This document shows positions 1 through 9,249 of a DNA stretch of 40,612 bases, one piece after another. Every line of letters begins with the position of its first letter. Position 1 is the first letter of the stretch. This DNA is from a virus (Duplodnaviria; Caudoviricetes): positions 1 to 40,612 of IMG/VR virus record IMGVR_UViG_3300037484_000335. One strand, 5' to 3'. The notes under the pieces are model-generated. The model ran no database searches. It had not been told where the DNA came from and saw only the letters and a program-made list of their open reading frames with translations. Position numbers and translations under genes: made by a program.

Positions 1-307
1 CAATCACAACAACTTCCCCATCCGGGTGAGTGACTACAAAGTCTGCGGTGTAAGTCACGGCTCGTTCTACGACCTTTTCCTTCTCTACGAGCTTCCCTTT
101 TTTGTTCGGCTTGACTTCCTTCTCTTTCTGCGCCGGGACAAGCTCATAGGTCACCTGTAATCTCAGATCCGTGATCTCTCCCTTGTCCTTCATAGCCTTC
201 AGTTCCTGATAGATCCCGGCCTCCTTCTTGCTGTCAAAGGTGATACCGTCTACTATGACCTTTTTGTTTCTGAATTTATTGTAGGAAATAGGAGAGAACT
301 TCATCAT
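1..307 (-). CDS. DUF1064-family phage PD-(D/E)XK nuclease-like protein (partial, runs off left edge)
   Basis: Manual translation from ATG at 307: MMKFSPISYNKFRNKKVIVDGITFDSKKEA...LRLQVTYEL...VTYTADFVV; the NK...VDGITFDSKKEA and Y-x-ADF motifs are typical of DUF1064. Start overlaps the stop of the upstream ORF. Confidence 0.8.
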   Translation of the reverse strand, partial: MMKFSPISYNKFRNKKVIVDGITFDSKKEAGIYQELKAMKDKGEITDLRLQVTYELVPAQKEKEVKPNKKGKLVEKEKVVERAVTYTADFVVTHPDGEVVVI

Positions 308-633
308 GCTATTGCCTGAGCCTCCCTGAATATTTCGTGGACAAACAGACTCACTTCCTCTTCGTCATCCATGCTCTCGAAGGCGTTTCCGCACGCTTGG
401 TTACTGGTCAGAATCGACGGCTTGCCATCGTGAGCATTCTTAATGTTGTTGTACTCATAATTGACGGTCTTCCCTGCCCATCCCCATTTGTTCTGGGCGC
501 AACGGAGCCTCCTAATGGGTGCGTCGCCCCGATCCCCACGTTTAGAAAAGGTAAGATCCGTTGACAGAGGGTTCATGGTGTTAATGGGAAACAGAACCTT
601 GCAGTATTTACAGTCTAAGCACGTCTTTCTCAC
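304..633 (-). CDS. Hypothetical protein with N-terminal CxxCxxC motif
   Basis: ORF track; GTGA overlap with the upstream gene and a G-rich RBS. Confidence 0.6.
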   Translation of the reverse strand: MRKTCLDCKYCKVLFPINTMNPLSTDLTFSKRGDRGDAPIRRLRCAQNKWGWAGKTVNYEYNNIKNAHDGKPSILTSNQACGNAFESMDDEEEVSLFVHEIFREAQAIA

Positions 634-920
634 GGTTTCTTCCCCCCTTTCTGTACGTCTTTTTGGGTGTATTGTTGTTTGGGTAGGACCGGGAGTTTGA
701 ACATGATGCCTTCGAGTAATTGGACTCGTTTGTCAATGGCTTCATAACTGGCTTCGCGGTGATGCGCGGCGACTGTCTTGGTGTGATGCAGAGAGAGCAT
801 GTAACCTCCCAGTACCCCTAACCCGAAGACGATCATGGCAACAATGAACCGCTTCAGGCTGTCCCGTTCTTGAACAATCACCATTACATCGTCGATGCTC
901 CTGACCTCTTCCTTGTCCAC
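630..920 (-). CDS. Hypothetical single-pass membrane protein
   Basis: Hydrophobic stretch FIVAMIVFGLGVLGGYML; GGAGGA RBS before the GTG. Confidence 0.6.
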   Translation of the reverse strand: MDKEEVRSIDDVMVIVQERDSLKRFIVAMIVFGLGVLGGYMLSLHHTKTVAAHHREASYEAIDKRVQLLEGIMFKLPVLPKQQYTQKDVQKGGKKP

Positions 921-971
921 TCGGTCCTCCTTTCGTTTTAGTGGTCAGCCTTAAATTAAGTTGTCCTCCTT

Positions 972-1007
972 AAAAGATGCCGGGGAGAGTGACCAGCCCT
1001 CCCCGGC
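972..1007 (-). terminator. Putative intrinsic terminator or hairpin
   Basis: GCCGGGGAG (979-987) pairs with CTCCCCGGC (999-1007); followed by ATCTTTT on the minus strand. Confidence 0.5.
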
Positions 1008-1101
1008 GAGAAAGGAGGTAGCCATCCAGCCTCATCCTTGCGGCCCCGACTGGCGAGGGGTGAAATTTATGTCGCTACTGGATCTTGCATATCGCCATTT
1101 C

Positions 1102-1117
1102 TTTACTATTAGTTAAA
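1102..1117. promoter_or_regulatory. Putative repressor operator (TTNAC-N5-GTNAA)
   Basis: TTTACTATTAGTTAAA, identical to 12889-12904. Confidence 0.6.
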
Positions 1118-1171
1118 CGTATGAGCAAAAAAATACTGTTGAATCTGGTTTCATAACTGCTACGGTTTATT

Positions 1172-1366
1172 CTAATGGGTGGCTTTGCGGAACAATTCTC
1201 CAGGACAGCCGTTGCGCCACAGGCAACTGACCATGGTCGGGTGAGACACAAATACATCATAAACCACACATAGTACGTTAAATTCGCATGCCAAACAAGT
1301 CTTTTTTGTGATAAGTCTTATCTCTGGTTTCTCCTGCGCCCGTGCAATCTCGACAACCTCGGCCAT
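1172..1366 (-). CDS. Small Cys-rich hypothetical protein, first gene of the leftward unit opposite the repressor
   Basis: MAEVVEIARAQ...CLAC...; G-rich RBS; downstream of the promoter at 1435-1463. Confidence 0.5.
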   Translation of the reverse strand: MAEVVEIARAQEKPEIRLITKKTCLACEFNVLCVVYDVFVSHPTMVSCLWRNGCPGELFRKATH

Positions 1367-1434
1367 CTTCCACCCCCCCATGTCTGACGTTGCTGAACTC
1401 GGCTGTTTGGTAAACCATTTGTAAATTTCTCTCT

Positions 1435-1463
1435 GTTATAAACTATATCAAAAATAAAGTCAA
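1435..1463 (-). promoter_or_regulatory. sigma70-type promoter (leftward)
   Basis: Minus strand TTGACT-17 bp-TATAAC; operator-like TAAACCATTTGTAAA at 1411-1425 lies just downstream. Confidence 0.65.
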
Positions 1464-1606
1464 GCTTTTTTTCTCCGCAAGTGAAAAAGTTTTGTCCATC
1501 AGTTCCTGTAAACAAGAGCAATTTCCATATAACATAGTGAAGATACAGACAATTTCCATTGTCATCTCACGCCGTGTTCTCCTTGCTACTGGTTAAAAAA
1601 AACCAA

Positions 1607-1635
1607 TTGACGTATAATAGGGATAGGTGTATGCT
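1607..1635 (+). promoter_or_regulatory. sigma70-type promoter for the repressor gene
   Basis: TTGACG-17 bp-TATGCT, upstream of a GGAGGTG RBS and ATG 1664. Confidence 0.6.
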
Positions 1636-1663
1636 AAAATTAACTTTAACGGAGGTGAGAAAT

Positions 1664-2104
1664 ATGCTATCTTCTCAATTAACTTTGGTTCCAGGGGGGG
1701 GATCTGTGACGAAGGATCGGGTCAGACTTACGGACAACATCATCTATAAGGAGTCAGCGTTGTACGACGTGATCCAACGGAATTACGAAAAATTCCTTGA
1801 TGAACAGGATCGTAGGGGCGTGAAGCAACAAGAGGTCGCATCCCGAATTGGTCGTTCCGATTCTCTAATATCTCAAATGAAGAATAGGACGAGGCCGTTA
1901 GAGATTGACACGCTGGAGGCATTGGCGCAGGCGTTTAACCGTTCACCGCTTTCTTTCTTTCAGACAGATAATCCCGAATTGGGTTGGGTGTGCCTCCCCT
2001 CCCCAGAACTCAACAGGGAGCAGAATTTTCAACTATTCCGGGATCTCGAAAAAATCCGGGAGGGGCTGATTCTGAGGATCAAGGCGGGGATAGATGGTGG
2101 CTGA
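1664..2104 (+). CDS. XRE/CI-like HTH repressor
   Basis: HTH_3 motif GVKQQEVASRIGRSDSLISQMKNRTRPLEIDTLEALAQAFN; divergent from its left neighbours; RBS supports a start at 1664; no S24 peptidase domain seen. Confidence 0.8.
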   Translation: MLSSQLTLVPGGGSVTKDRVRLTDNIIYKESALYDVIQRNYEKFLDEQDRRGVKQQEVASRIGRSDSLISQMKNRTRPLEIDTLEALAQAFNRSPLSFFQTDNPELGWVCLPSPELNREQNFQLFRDLEKIREGLILRIKAGIDGG

Positions 2105-2108
2105 GTGT

Positions 2109-2585
2109 TTACTCATGGGTCAGGTACATGGTGCGAGCACCACCTATAAAGACATCAAGCTGCCATGGTGTAATTGGATCATCCGGGCAAAATTCTCTCC
2201 CCCTTTCACTAACTCTGCAACCCGCCGTAATTCCCATCTTCCACATCTGTTCCGCATAGGTACAATCCATCATCACCTCGGTAATTTCTTTGAACAGGAA
2301 TACGAGTTGCATTGTATATCGACGCTCCGCATCCACGTCATAGGGGAATTGGTTTTCATACCCCTGCAGAACCATTAGATACTGATTCCGAAGGCCATCG
2401 AACTTATCCCTAATATCGACAAATATCCAGTTACACGGGACCACTTCCCTGAATCCAAGCCCGTGAAAGTCCATAACCGTTCGGGCGGCCTCAATCCTGG
2501 TCATGGTTATATCCTGGGCCATGGCTGTTCCTGTGAGCATTAAAAGAATTACAATGATAGCGCCTGCCTTGATGGATGTTTTCAT
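2109..2585 (-). CDS. Secreted S-layer homology (SLH) domain protein
   Basis: Signal peptide ending TAMA|Q; MTRIEAAR, FVDI and KMGITAGC...FCPDDPITPWQLDVFI match SLH repeat motifs. Confidence 0.65.
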   Translation of the reverse strand: MKTSIKAGAIIVILLMLTGTAMAQDITMTRIEAARTVMDFHGLGFREVVPCNWIFVDIRDKFDGLRNQYLMVLQGYENQFPYDVDAERRYTMQLVFLFKEITEVMMDCTYAEQMWKMGITAGCRVSERGREFCPDDPITPWQLDVFIGGARTMYLTHE

Positions 2586-2610
2586 ATTATCCTCCTTTCG
2601 GTCTATAGTA

Positions 2611-3528
2611 TTAAATGCTCAACAGTTTGTCAAGTTCTTTCTCGGCGTCCCGCTGGGCCTGAACCGGGACGTGGTTATAGTTCCTGTAGATTGTCTGTGG
2701 TGTGTTTCCCGCCATCTCCGCAACTACAGCCACATCAACATGCGCTTCGTGGAGAAGTCGTGTTATAGCGGTATGCCGTAGCGAATGCGTGGATCTTCCG
2801 CGTCTTTCTATGCCTGCACCTTCCATGGCCCGGTTGACTATATGAATCAGGGAGATATTCCCCATCCCAAACACCCTATCCTTGGGTTTCAACCCATAAA
2901 CAAGGCGTCTGAACGGTTCATAGATCACATCAGGGATGGTAATGGTCCTGGTTCCCTTGTTCTTCGACTTCGTGATGGTGATCGTATGCCGTGCGATATC
3001 CACGTCCGACAGAACCAGCCTCGACAGTTCTCCGATCCTAAGCGGTCGAGCCAGCATGAGTTGCAGCAACACGCTCTCCCGATCATCCAGTTGATCTATG
3101 TTGGACAGGATCGCATGGACCTCCTCGCGTGTCAGTTCCTTCTGCGGTGCTCGCGGTATATCCGCCTCCCCCTTGTAGGTAACTGTTGGAAATTTCTCTG
3201 TCAAAAGTTTCAATTCCCGGTACAGCCAGTTCATAAAGACCGTGATTTGTCTAAGGTGCAAGCGCTTTGAAGATGTCCGCATTACCAGACGGTTCAGGTA
3301 GGCTATGACGTGATCTTGGGTGATCTGATTCACGTCCTCGACCTGTCGGGCCTCGACAAACTTCAAGAACCGGGGGATGATTGCCCTCAGACTGATAAGT
3401 GTCTGCTCGGTCGGGTGACGCTTGGCCGTGTAGGTTTTGAGAAATGCGTCATAGTCCTGCCATAATGGCGTCGTGGTTGGTTCTTCTTCGGGTTCCAAGA
3501 GTAAGGCTATGCCCATAGGATCTGTCAT
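2611..3528 (-). CDS. Tyrosine recombinase/integrase (XerC/D-sized)
   Basis: Catalytic motifs LRIGEL, KSK, HSLRHT and C-terminal Y (TIYRNY); core-binding-like N-terminal domain. Confidence 0.9.
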   Translation of the reverse strand: MTDPMGIALLLEPEEEPTTTPLWQDYDAFLKTYTAKRHPTEQTLISLRAIIPRFLKFVEARQVEDVNQITQDHVIAYLNRLVMRTSSKRLHLRQITVFMNWLYRELKLLTEKFPTVTYKGEADIPRAPQKELTREEVHAILSNIDQLDDRESVLLQLMLARPLRIGELSRLVLSDVDIARHTITITKSKNKGTRTITIPDVIYEPFRRLVYGLKPKDRVFGMGNISLIHIVNRAMEGAGIERRGRSTHSLRHTAITRLLHEAHVDVAVVAEMAGNTPQTIYRNYNHVPVQAQRDAEKELDKLLSI

Positions 3529-3548
3529 GGTTGCGTTTGCTCCTTTCT

Positions 3549-3767
3549 TTAGTACAGGATAAACCGGGGTTTATATCCCGCTCCCAGTGCCACCTGTAGT
3601 TCTGCCTCCTGCTCCGGGTCCAGGGTGATCGTCCCGTCAAAAGTTGTGCCTGAATGGAAATCCCCCGTTGATAGTTCCAGGTATTTGGACGGTCGCACGG
3701 GGATTACCCCCAGTTCCATCCAGTTGTCAAACATCAATTTGATCTGCATATTTCTCCCCTCATCCAA
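3549..3767 (-). CDS. Hypothetical protein
   Basis: ORF track; tightly packed in the operon. Confidence 0.55.
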   Translation of the reverse strand: MDEGRNMQIKLMFDNWMELGVIPVRPSKYLELSTGDFHSGTTFDGTITLDPEQEAELQVALGAGYKPRFILY

Positions 3768-6700
3768 ACAGGGTCATTTGGTTCTCTGGTGCCCTCTTCC
3801 TAACAACCGTCGGCTTCTCTTCTTTCGCCTGCTTCAACTGCTCGTATAACGTGTACCACTTGTTATTTTCTACGATTACAGCCTCCAGGAGTTGTATTGG
3901 TTCATTACAGCCTGTGGCGGTTGTATCTCCTATCTTCTCGTAGCCAAAGCTAACGGGGGCCTCGACTTCCCCATTTATCGCTTTCGCAAGGGCTAAGAAG
4001 TCTCCCCCAGCTCGTAATACCCGGGCTGTCTTCTCGAATCGTACCCGGCCGTCTATCGCGTTGGAAATGGCCTGCTTCTTTTGGGTGATCAGGTCGAACA
4101 TTCGGAAATCGATGTTCTGGTCCTCATCATTCCAGTCTATCAATAAATAATAGCATGTGACAGGCTTCTCCTGCCCTGTACGGTGTGATCTGTCCTCTCC
4201 CTGGTCGGTACTCTCCGGGCTGTACTCAACGTCCGTGAATACAACATGGTTGGCTGCGGTGATCGTAAAGCCCCGGTTCAACACGTTCAACCCGGCGATT
4301 ATGCACGTCACGTCCGGGTCGCTCTGAAATCTCTTAATATGTTTGAATCTGTCCTTGGTCTGCACGGTCGAGGGGATGAATATATGGTTGATGCCTCGCC
4401 GTTCAAACTCCAGATGTAGGGTCTGCTGCATGTCCCGAAGTGCAGAGAATACGATAGTCTTTTCTCCCTTCTCCCTGGCCTGCTCGGTGATCTCAACAGC
4501 CTTACGGAGCTTTACGTTATCTTCCGGGTTTATCCTGGGTACGGTGGCCGCGAATCGCATACTCCAGAGGGCTTTGCTGATTACACCCATGTTGACTTCT
4601 TCCTCTGGTTTACGGAGCTCACCGTCGATCATTTTCTTTGCTCGTTCTGCGGCTATCCCGTATTCAATCGCGTGTCCTGGGCTTAAGGTCAGAGCCATAA
4701 TGCGCCGGGTTTTCGGTGGTAGCTTCACCATTTCGTCTTTCAAGCGCCGGACGGTGAAGGATGCAAGAATCTTCCAGAATCTGTTTAGGTTGGAAACCTC
4801 TGGCAGTTCCTTCTTTCTCCCCCGCGATAAGGTGTCCTCGTACTCGATGCTTTTGAATTCAAACGTGCTAAACTCCTCGGCAAAGAGCTTGCTTCCCCTC
4901 CGGTCATACCTGTAAGGGAAAATCGGGTTATTGTGGTGTGCAACGTACCCCAAATTGTAATACGTGTCTGTGATATAGCCCTTCATTAATGTGCCGGTCA
5001 GTTCGAGTCTGCTGTCTGCATGGATCGCCCTAACTGCCTGACCACGGAAGGACACCTTTGATTTTGCCTGTTGCGATTCATCAATGACCACAGAACGAAA
5101 CAGCTTCTTAATTCTTTTATAAGCGGGGTATTGCTTCAGCCTTGCAGTGTAGGTGAACACGCTATACCCGCATTTATTGCAGTGTTCTCCGGTCCATTCA
5201 TCCTTTGCCTTGCACTTCGGGCATTCTTTCTGAGTGCTGGCGTACTCGGTCGCGCAACCCCTGCATGTCCTGCCCGTGTTCCCTTCCTCTTTGTGCTTCT
5301 CGTTCCCGTCCTTATCGTACTTGATACAGGTCCAGGGTTCATAGAGTTTACCAGTGTCCAGGGATAGGAATTCATAGGATGTGATGTAAAAGGTTGTGCC
5401 TGGTGGTTCGGTTCCCTCCCGGATATCCTCCTGTAATGAGCCTACGGATAGGTGGTTCGTCATGCGCTTTGCATTGAAACCGAATTTTTCGGCTTCATTC
5501 GTCCAGTTGTCTACCAAAGAGGACTGACAGATGACCAACACGCGCTTTGCATTCCGTACCGCATGGAACACAAATGCACAGTTCGATTTTCCGCCTCCCA
5601 TGTCGTAACCGATATAAGCACTCTTGGTTTTGGCAAGTACGCGGGCCAAATCTTCAGCCTGATATTCAAACTCTCCGGTGCATTGCGGGTAGTGCCTCAC
5701 GATCTTATTCTTCCATTGCTGCACTCGTTCTGGCATCTCTTCGGCAACACTGTTCACTGTTGGTAGATCGAATGCTTCCAAAAAAAGCCCTATCTCTATC
5801 GGTTCAGGTTCCCGGAAGGATCGCTGGCCCTGTTCTGTTTCGACTTCGATGGACAGGAATCCGCGGTCAATCTCGGTAGTGATGGTCTTCTGGTCCTTGC
5901 CTTCGCCTATCACTTCTATGCCGGCGAATTCCCTTTGTCGTACCCATGTGGGGCGCAACAGGTAAGACTTTCCCCTTTTGAATAACCGAGGTGGTTTCTT
6001 TCCATTCCCGTTATCCCGGTGTTCCTGCCTGAATTCGTTGTCTTCAATGAGGTCGTAAACGTCGGCTTTGGCTGTGTATTCCCGCTCCTCGAAATAGGCA
6101 AGTAACTGGTGATCGCGGGGCTTGTAAATCGGGATGGATAGGATACGGTATTTCTCTTCCAGGTCTTCGATTCTTTTCCGTGTCTGTTCGGTCACAGTGA
6201 CAGTAAAACCGATTCGACTGAGCAATTCTTCAGCCTGGTCTACTCCCCGCTTACAGAGCGCTGGGGCCTCAAGAAATGCGTCCCTCAATCCGGTCGGCTT
6301 GCCTATCACTGGCGAATAGAAAGATAGGGAAGCATTATAGAAGTCCACCATCGCAAGTGCTGACGTTGTACCCTTTACACCTTTCGATGTAATTTCAACA
6401 TCAGTTGAAAGCGGTACGTCAATCAGATTATTCAAGTGGGGTACATCAATTGCGGGGGCAGAGAGGTCATAGGCGGAGAATTGCTTCTCCTGGGCTATCG
6501 GTCGCCATGCGTCCAGAATCTCCTTCTCTAATGTAGGACTGGTCGCATCCAGGGTGACGTGCGGGTGGCGGATGTTCTGATAGGAGGGTTCTGCATACCC
6601 CTTCTTCTGACAAGCCACTAAATCGACCTGTACGTCAATCCCGTATTCCTCCTTAAACAGTTTGTCTATGGTGACGCGCAAGATAACCCGGAACTTATTA

Positions 6701-7311
6701 TACAGGGATTGCCTTAACCTCTCGTCTTTCGTGTTTGCAAACGTGCTGGTCGGTATGATCGCAAACATCCATCCGTGCCCGTTCAATACCCTCTCACAGA
6801 TTTGCAGGGTTGCGTTCTGGCTCTCAATGTTCCTGGCGTGGCTCAGTCCCGCGAATTCAAATTCCGTTTCGTCCTGGCTCCACAGGATACCATAGGGCGG
6901 GTTGGTTACGGCAATGTCGAATTTCCCTATCAGGAATTTAGCATAGTCCAGGATACTACCATGCCGAACCTGCTCCTTCCCGAGGAGTTGCTTCGCCTTC
7001 TCTGCCTGTTCCTTGTCCAGTTCGATTCCGAGCGTCTTACATTCTTTCCTTTTAAACGGATAGAGCAGCCTGCCGGTTCCGCAAGTGGGATCCAGAATGT
7101 TCAAGTTCTTCACCTGGCCTGCGGGGGTTCCTTTCCCCGGGCCTGGTATGAGCAATTCGATCATTGATAGGATGATATTGCTCAATGTCATAGGGGTAAA
7201 ATATTGTGCGTGTTTGCTTTGGCTCCATTTCCGAAACGAGAGATCCTTGTTCGCCTCGCGTCCGGTGTCAGCCAATATTTGGTCGGCTTCGGTCATGCGG
7301 GCCTCCCCCAA
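3760..7311 (-). CDS. N6-adenine DNA methyltransferase / SNF2 helicase fusion (DarB-like)
   Basis: QYFTP, DPTCGTG and NPPY MTase motifs; SF2 motifs DMGGGKS, VIDESQ, LTGT, GFTITAAN and QGEDRSHRTGQ; CxxC zinc-ribbon insert. Confidence 0.85.
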   Translation of the reverse strand: MGEARMTEADQILADTGREANKDLSFRKWSQSKHAQYFTPMTLSNIILSMIELLIPGPGKGTPAGQVKNLNILDPTCGTGRLLYPFKRKECKTLGIELDKEQAEKAKQLLGKEQVRHGSILDYAKFLIGKFDIAVTNPPYGILWSQDETEFEFAGLSHARNIESQNATLQICERVLNGHGWMFAIIPTSTFANTKDERLRQSLYNKFRVILRVTIDKLFKEEYGIDVQVDLVACQKKGYAEPSYQNIRHPHVTLDATSPTLEKEILDAWRPIAQEKQFSAYDLSAPAIDVPHLNNLIDVPLSTDVEITSKGVKGTTSALAMVDFYNASLSFYSPVIGKPTGLRDAFLEAPALCKRGVDQAEELLSRIGFTVTVTEQTRKRIEDLEEKYRILSIPIYKPRDHQLLAYFEEREYTAKADVYDLIEDNEFRQEHRDNGNGKKPPRLFKRGKSYLLRPTWVRQREFAGIEVIGEGKDQKTITTEIDRGFLSIEVETEQGQRSFREPEPIEIGLFLEAFDLPTVNSVAEEMPERVQQWKNKIVRHYPQCTGEFEYQAEDLARVLAKTKSAYIGYDMGGGKSNCAFVFHAVRNAKRVLVICQSSLVDNWTNEAEKFGFNAKRMTNHLSVGSLQEDIREGTEPPGTTFYITSYEFLSLDTGKLYEPWTCIKYDKDGNEKHKEEGNTGRTCRGCATEYASTQKECPKCKAKDEWTGEHCNKCGYSVFTYTARLKQYPAYKRIKKLFRSVVIDESQQAKSKVSFRGQAVRAIHADSRLELTGTLMKGYITDTYYNLGYVAHHNNPIFPYRYDRRGSKLFAEEFSTFEFKSIEYEDTLSRGRKKELPEVSNLNRFWKILASFTVRRLKDEMVKLPPKTRRIMALTLSPGHAIEYGIAAERAKKMIDGELRKPEEEVNMGVISKALWSMRFAATVPRINPEDNVKLRKAVEITEQAREKGEKTIVFSALRDMQQTLHLEFERRGINHIFIPSTVQTKDRFKHIKRFQSDPDVTCIIAGLNVLNRGFTITAANHVVFTDVEYSPESTDQGEDRSHRTGQEKPVTCYYLLIDWNDEDQNIDFRMFDLITQKKQAISNAIDGRVRFEKTARVLRAGGDFLALAKAINGEVEAPVSFGYEKIGDTTATGCNEPIQLLEAVIVENNKWYTLYEQLKQAKEEKPTVVRKRAPENQMTLFG

Positions 7312-7784
7312 TTATCCGCGCTGCTGTAAACTCGGTTCGGCTTCAATGCCCCTCCGGCATCCAGGATGTTTTGCTCTGCCCTTTTTAAAATGGCACAAAC
7401 ATTACAGGTCCCTTTTCTGCAAAACTCGCCTGTAGTTCCTCCACAATACTGAGGGGCATCTTTAATGGCGTCCCTCATCTCGATCAGGCTATCCAGAATG
7501 TCTTTGGCGTGTTCGTGCAGGGGGCACTCAATTCCTAACTCGTTTCTCCCCAATCGACATCCGCAATTATCAACCGGTTCTATTCTGGGCATATTTGGCC
7601 TCCCTTCATAAGTTTTTCGGTTATGGGTTCCTCGCTTTCCTATCGTAAATGGTCCTATTTTGGCTCCCAGTTGCGCCTTCCCCTCCACTTCCTTAAGTAT
7701 TGCGTCCTGTTTCTCCCGCGGTACACCTTGGCGTGTCCATGATTCCCGGAGTTCGGCTTCAATTTCCTCGGCGGTTCTTGTCAT
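7293..7784 (-). CDS. Hypothetical Cys-rich protein
   Basis: Likely start MTRTAEE at 7784 (GGAGGAG RBS, overlaps the upstream stop). Confidence 0.55.
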   Translation of the reverse strand: MTRTAEEIEAELRESWTRQGVPREKQDAILKEVEGKAQLGAKIGPFTIGKRGTHNRKTYEGRPNMPRIEPVDNCGCRLGRNELGIECPLHEHAKDILDSLIEMRDAIKDAPQYCGGTTGEFCRKGTCNVCAILKRAEQNILDAGGALKPNRVYSSADNWGRPA

Positions 7785-8302
7785 AAGATCTCCTCCAGTT
7801 GTCTGCGTTTCGTCCATTGGTCGCGTTTCATCCCGTTCACCAGGGCAGCTATCCTCATTGCTTGTTCGATCTCCTCGGGTGTGTCCTCTTTCCCTGGGTC
7901 GTTTGGTGGTCCGAAGATATTGTTTGTTTGAATGAATGCGTGCATGAGGTCTTTGAGTTGTGCCCTCCATACCTTCCTGTAGTGTTCATAGCATTCTCTG
8001 ACATCTTCGCCCTGTGTGATTGTCAGTTCAAGGATTCGCCTTGTCCGGCCTCTCCTCCAGAACGGGATGTTATGGATTTGGCAGATGTATCCTACGATCT
8101 GTATTAATAACGTCTCGTCAATTGCATCCCTCACGAAAAACTCATAAGGGCGTGTCTCTGCCTGAATGATCTGGTCCATGGTGACGTTATACCTTTCGCA
8201 CAATTCAGACAGCATCCGTTGTGCATTCTCCTGCTCGCCGTCAACTCCCGATCGGGCAAGGGCCTCAATTTTCCTCAGCCTGTCTATTAAGCGTTCTCGC
8301 AT
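7781..8302 (-). CDS. DUF2786-like domain protein
   Basis: RLRKIEALARSGVDGEQENAQRMLSELCERYNV matches the DUF2786 N-terminal pattern. Confidence 0.7.
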   Translation of the reverse strand: MRERLIDRLRKIEALARSGVDGEQENAQRMLSELCERYNVTMDQIIQAETRPYEFFVRDAIDETLLIQIVGYICQIHNIPFWRRGRTRRILELTITQGEDVRECYEHYRKVWRAQLKDLMHAFIQTNNIFGPPNDPGKEDTPEEIEQAMRIAALVNGMKRDQWTKRRQLEEIL

Positions 8303-8334
8303 TCATGCCTCCGGTCAAGTTATTCCAGATAACT

Positions 8335-8850
8335 TCACTCGCTCAAACCAAATAACTCCTGTGCTCGGTCATAGTCCATTTTGTACGGGCCGATCTCGAC
8401 AGACAGGCCCATGGTTTTGCTGTTCCCTTGGTCCTGGCGGATCTCGACATCTCCCCTGCGCGTCGGTGTCCATCTGAGTGCCTGGGCAAATTGGTCTGTG
8501 CTCGGTTTAAGATTATAACTCTCCCGTAAAAAATTCAACATCAAAAACTGGCTGCCCTGGTCCGTCATGCCTATAAACAGGACACGTTTAGATTTTCCTT
8601 CTGCGGGCAGGTGGTAATCGAACCATGTCTCCCGGTATGCCGTGTAAATCGTGGCCTCGCCGGTCCTGGTTTTGATTATAGTCCATCCTGGGTCGGGCAG
8701 GTCTTCAATGTGCAAGGAAGTCCGACCAGCGACCTGCATAAAAATTAACTGCCCCTTGTAACTGGCTAAATCCCGGTAGCCTCGCAAGAGGTAGTATTCC
8801 TTCCCATTGATTATGCAATATCTTTTCCCTGCGTGTTCAAAGGTGTTCAC
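8335..8850 (-). CDS. Hypothetical protein
   Basis: ORF track; coupled to the upstream gene. Confidence 0.6.
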   Translation of the reverse strand: MNTFEHAGKRYCIINGKEYYLLRGYRDLASYKGQLIFMQVAGRTSLHIEDLPDPGWTIIKTRTGEATIYTAYRETWFDYHLPAEGKSKRVLFIGMTDQGSQFLMLNFLRESYNLKPSTDQFAQALRWTPTRRGDVEIRQDQGNSKTMGLSVEIGPYKMDYDRAQELFGLSE

Positions 8851-9050
8851 GGGGTGATCTCCTCCACTATTTTTCTGATCTCCTCAATCGGTATCGTTTG
8901 ATCTCCCTTCGGTCCCATGATTCGGACAGTCCAGAGTGCATAACTGGGGGCAGATATGATTTCATAAACATCGTCGGGGGAAGCAAGGTCAACCCCTATC
9001 CGGCGCACAATATCACCTATTTTGGGCGGGTTGTTTGGCGTGTACTTCAT
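8847..9050 (-). CDS. Hypothetical protein (possibly SH3/KOW-like small beta barrel)
   Basis: MKYTPNNPPKIGDIVRR...; GGAGG RBS. Confidence 0.55.
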   Translation of the reverse strand: MKYTPNNPPKIGDIVRRIGVDLASPDDVYEIISAPSYALWTVRIMGPKGDQTIPIEEIRKIVEEITP

Positions 9051-9163
9051 TCCTGGCCTCCGTGTGTAAAATAGTAGTGGTAGGCTGCGTATATTCGGAG
9101 AGCGTGTGTCTCTCCGCATATCGGGCAGGTCCAGAGCTGGGTTGTCGGATGCAGGTAGTACAT
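9047..9163 (-). CDS. 38-aa zinc-finger-like peptide
   Basis: MYYLHPTTQLWTCPICGETHALRIYAAYHYYFTHGGQE; overlaps both neighbours at start and stop. Confidence 0.5.
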   Translation of the reverse strand: MYYLHPTTQLWTCPICGETHALRIYAAYHYYFTHGGQE

Positions 9164-9240
9164 CAGATAAACCTCGCGTGTACGAGAAGTCCGATGATTC
9201 CCAGCGTGAAACAAATCGTGATTATGATAGTTGCGTCCAT
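9163..9240 (-). CDS. 25-aa transmembrane peptide
   Basis: MDATIIITICFTLGIIGLLVHARFI; AAGGAG RBS; TGATG coupling. Confidence 0.5.
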   Translation of the reverse strand: MDATIIITICFTLGIIGLLVHARFI

Positions 9241-9249
9241 GGTAGCTCC

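Noticed and set aside
1075-1100. Second sigma54 promoter near the 1102 operator
   Set aside because: GG and GC are not at the required 10-nt spacing on either strand
7785-7970. 5' extension of ORF 7293..7970
   Set aside because: Overlaps the DUF2786 gene; the RBS supports a start at 7784
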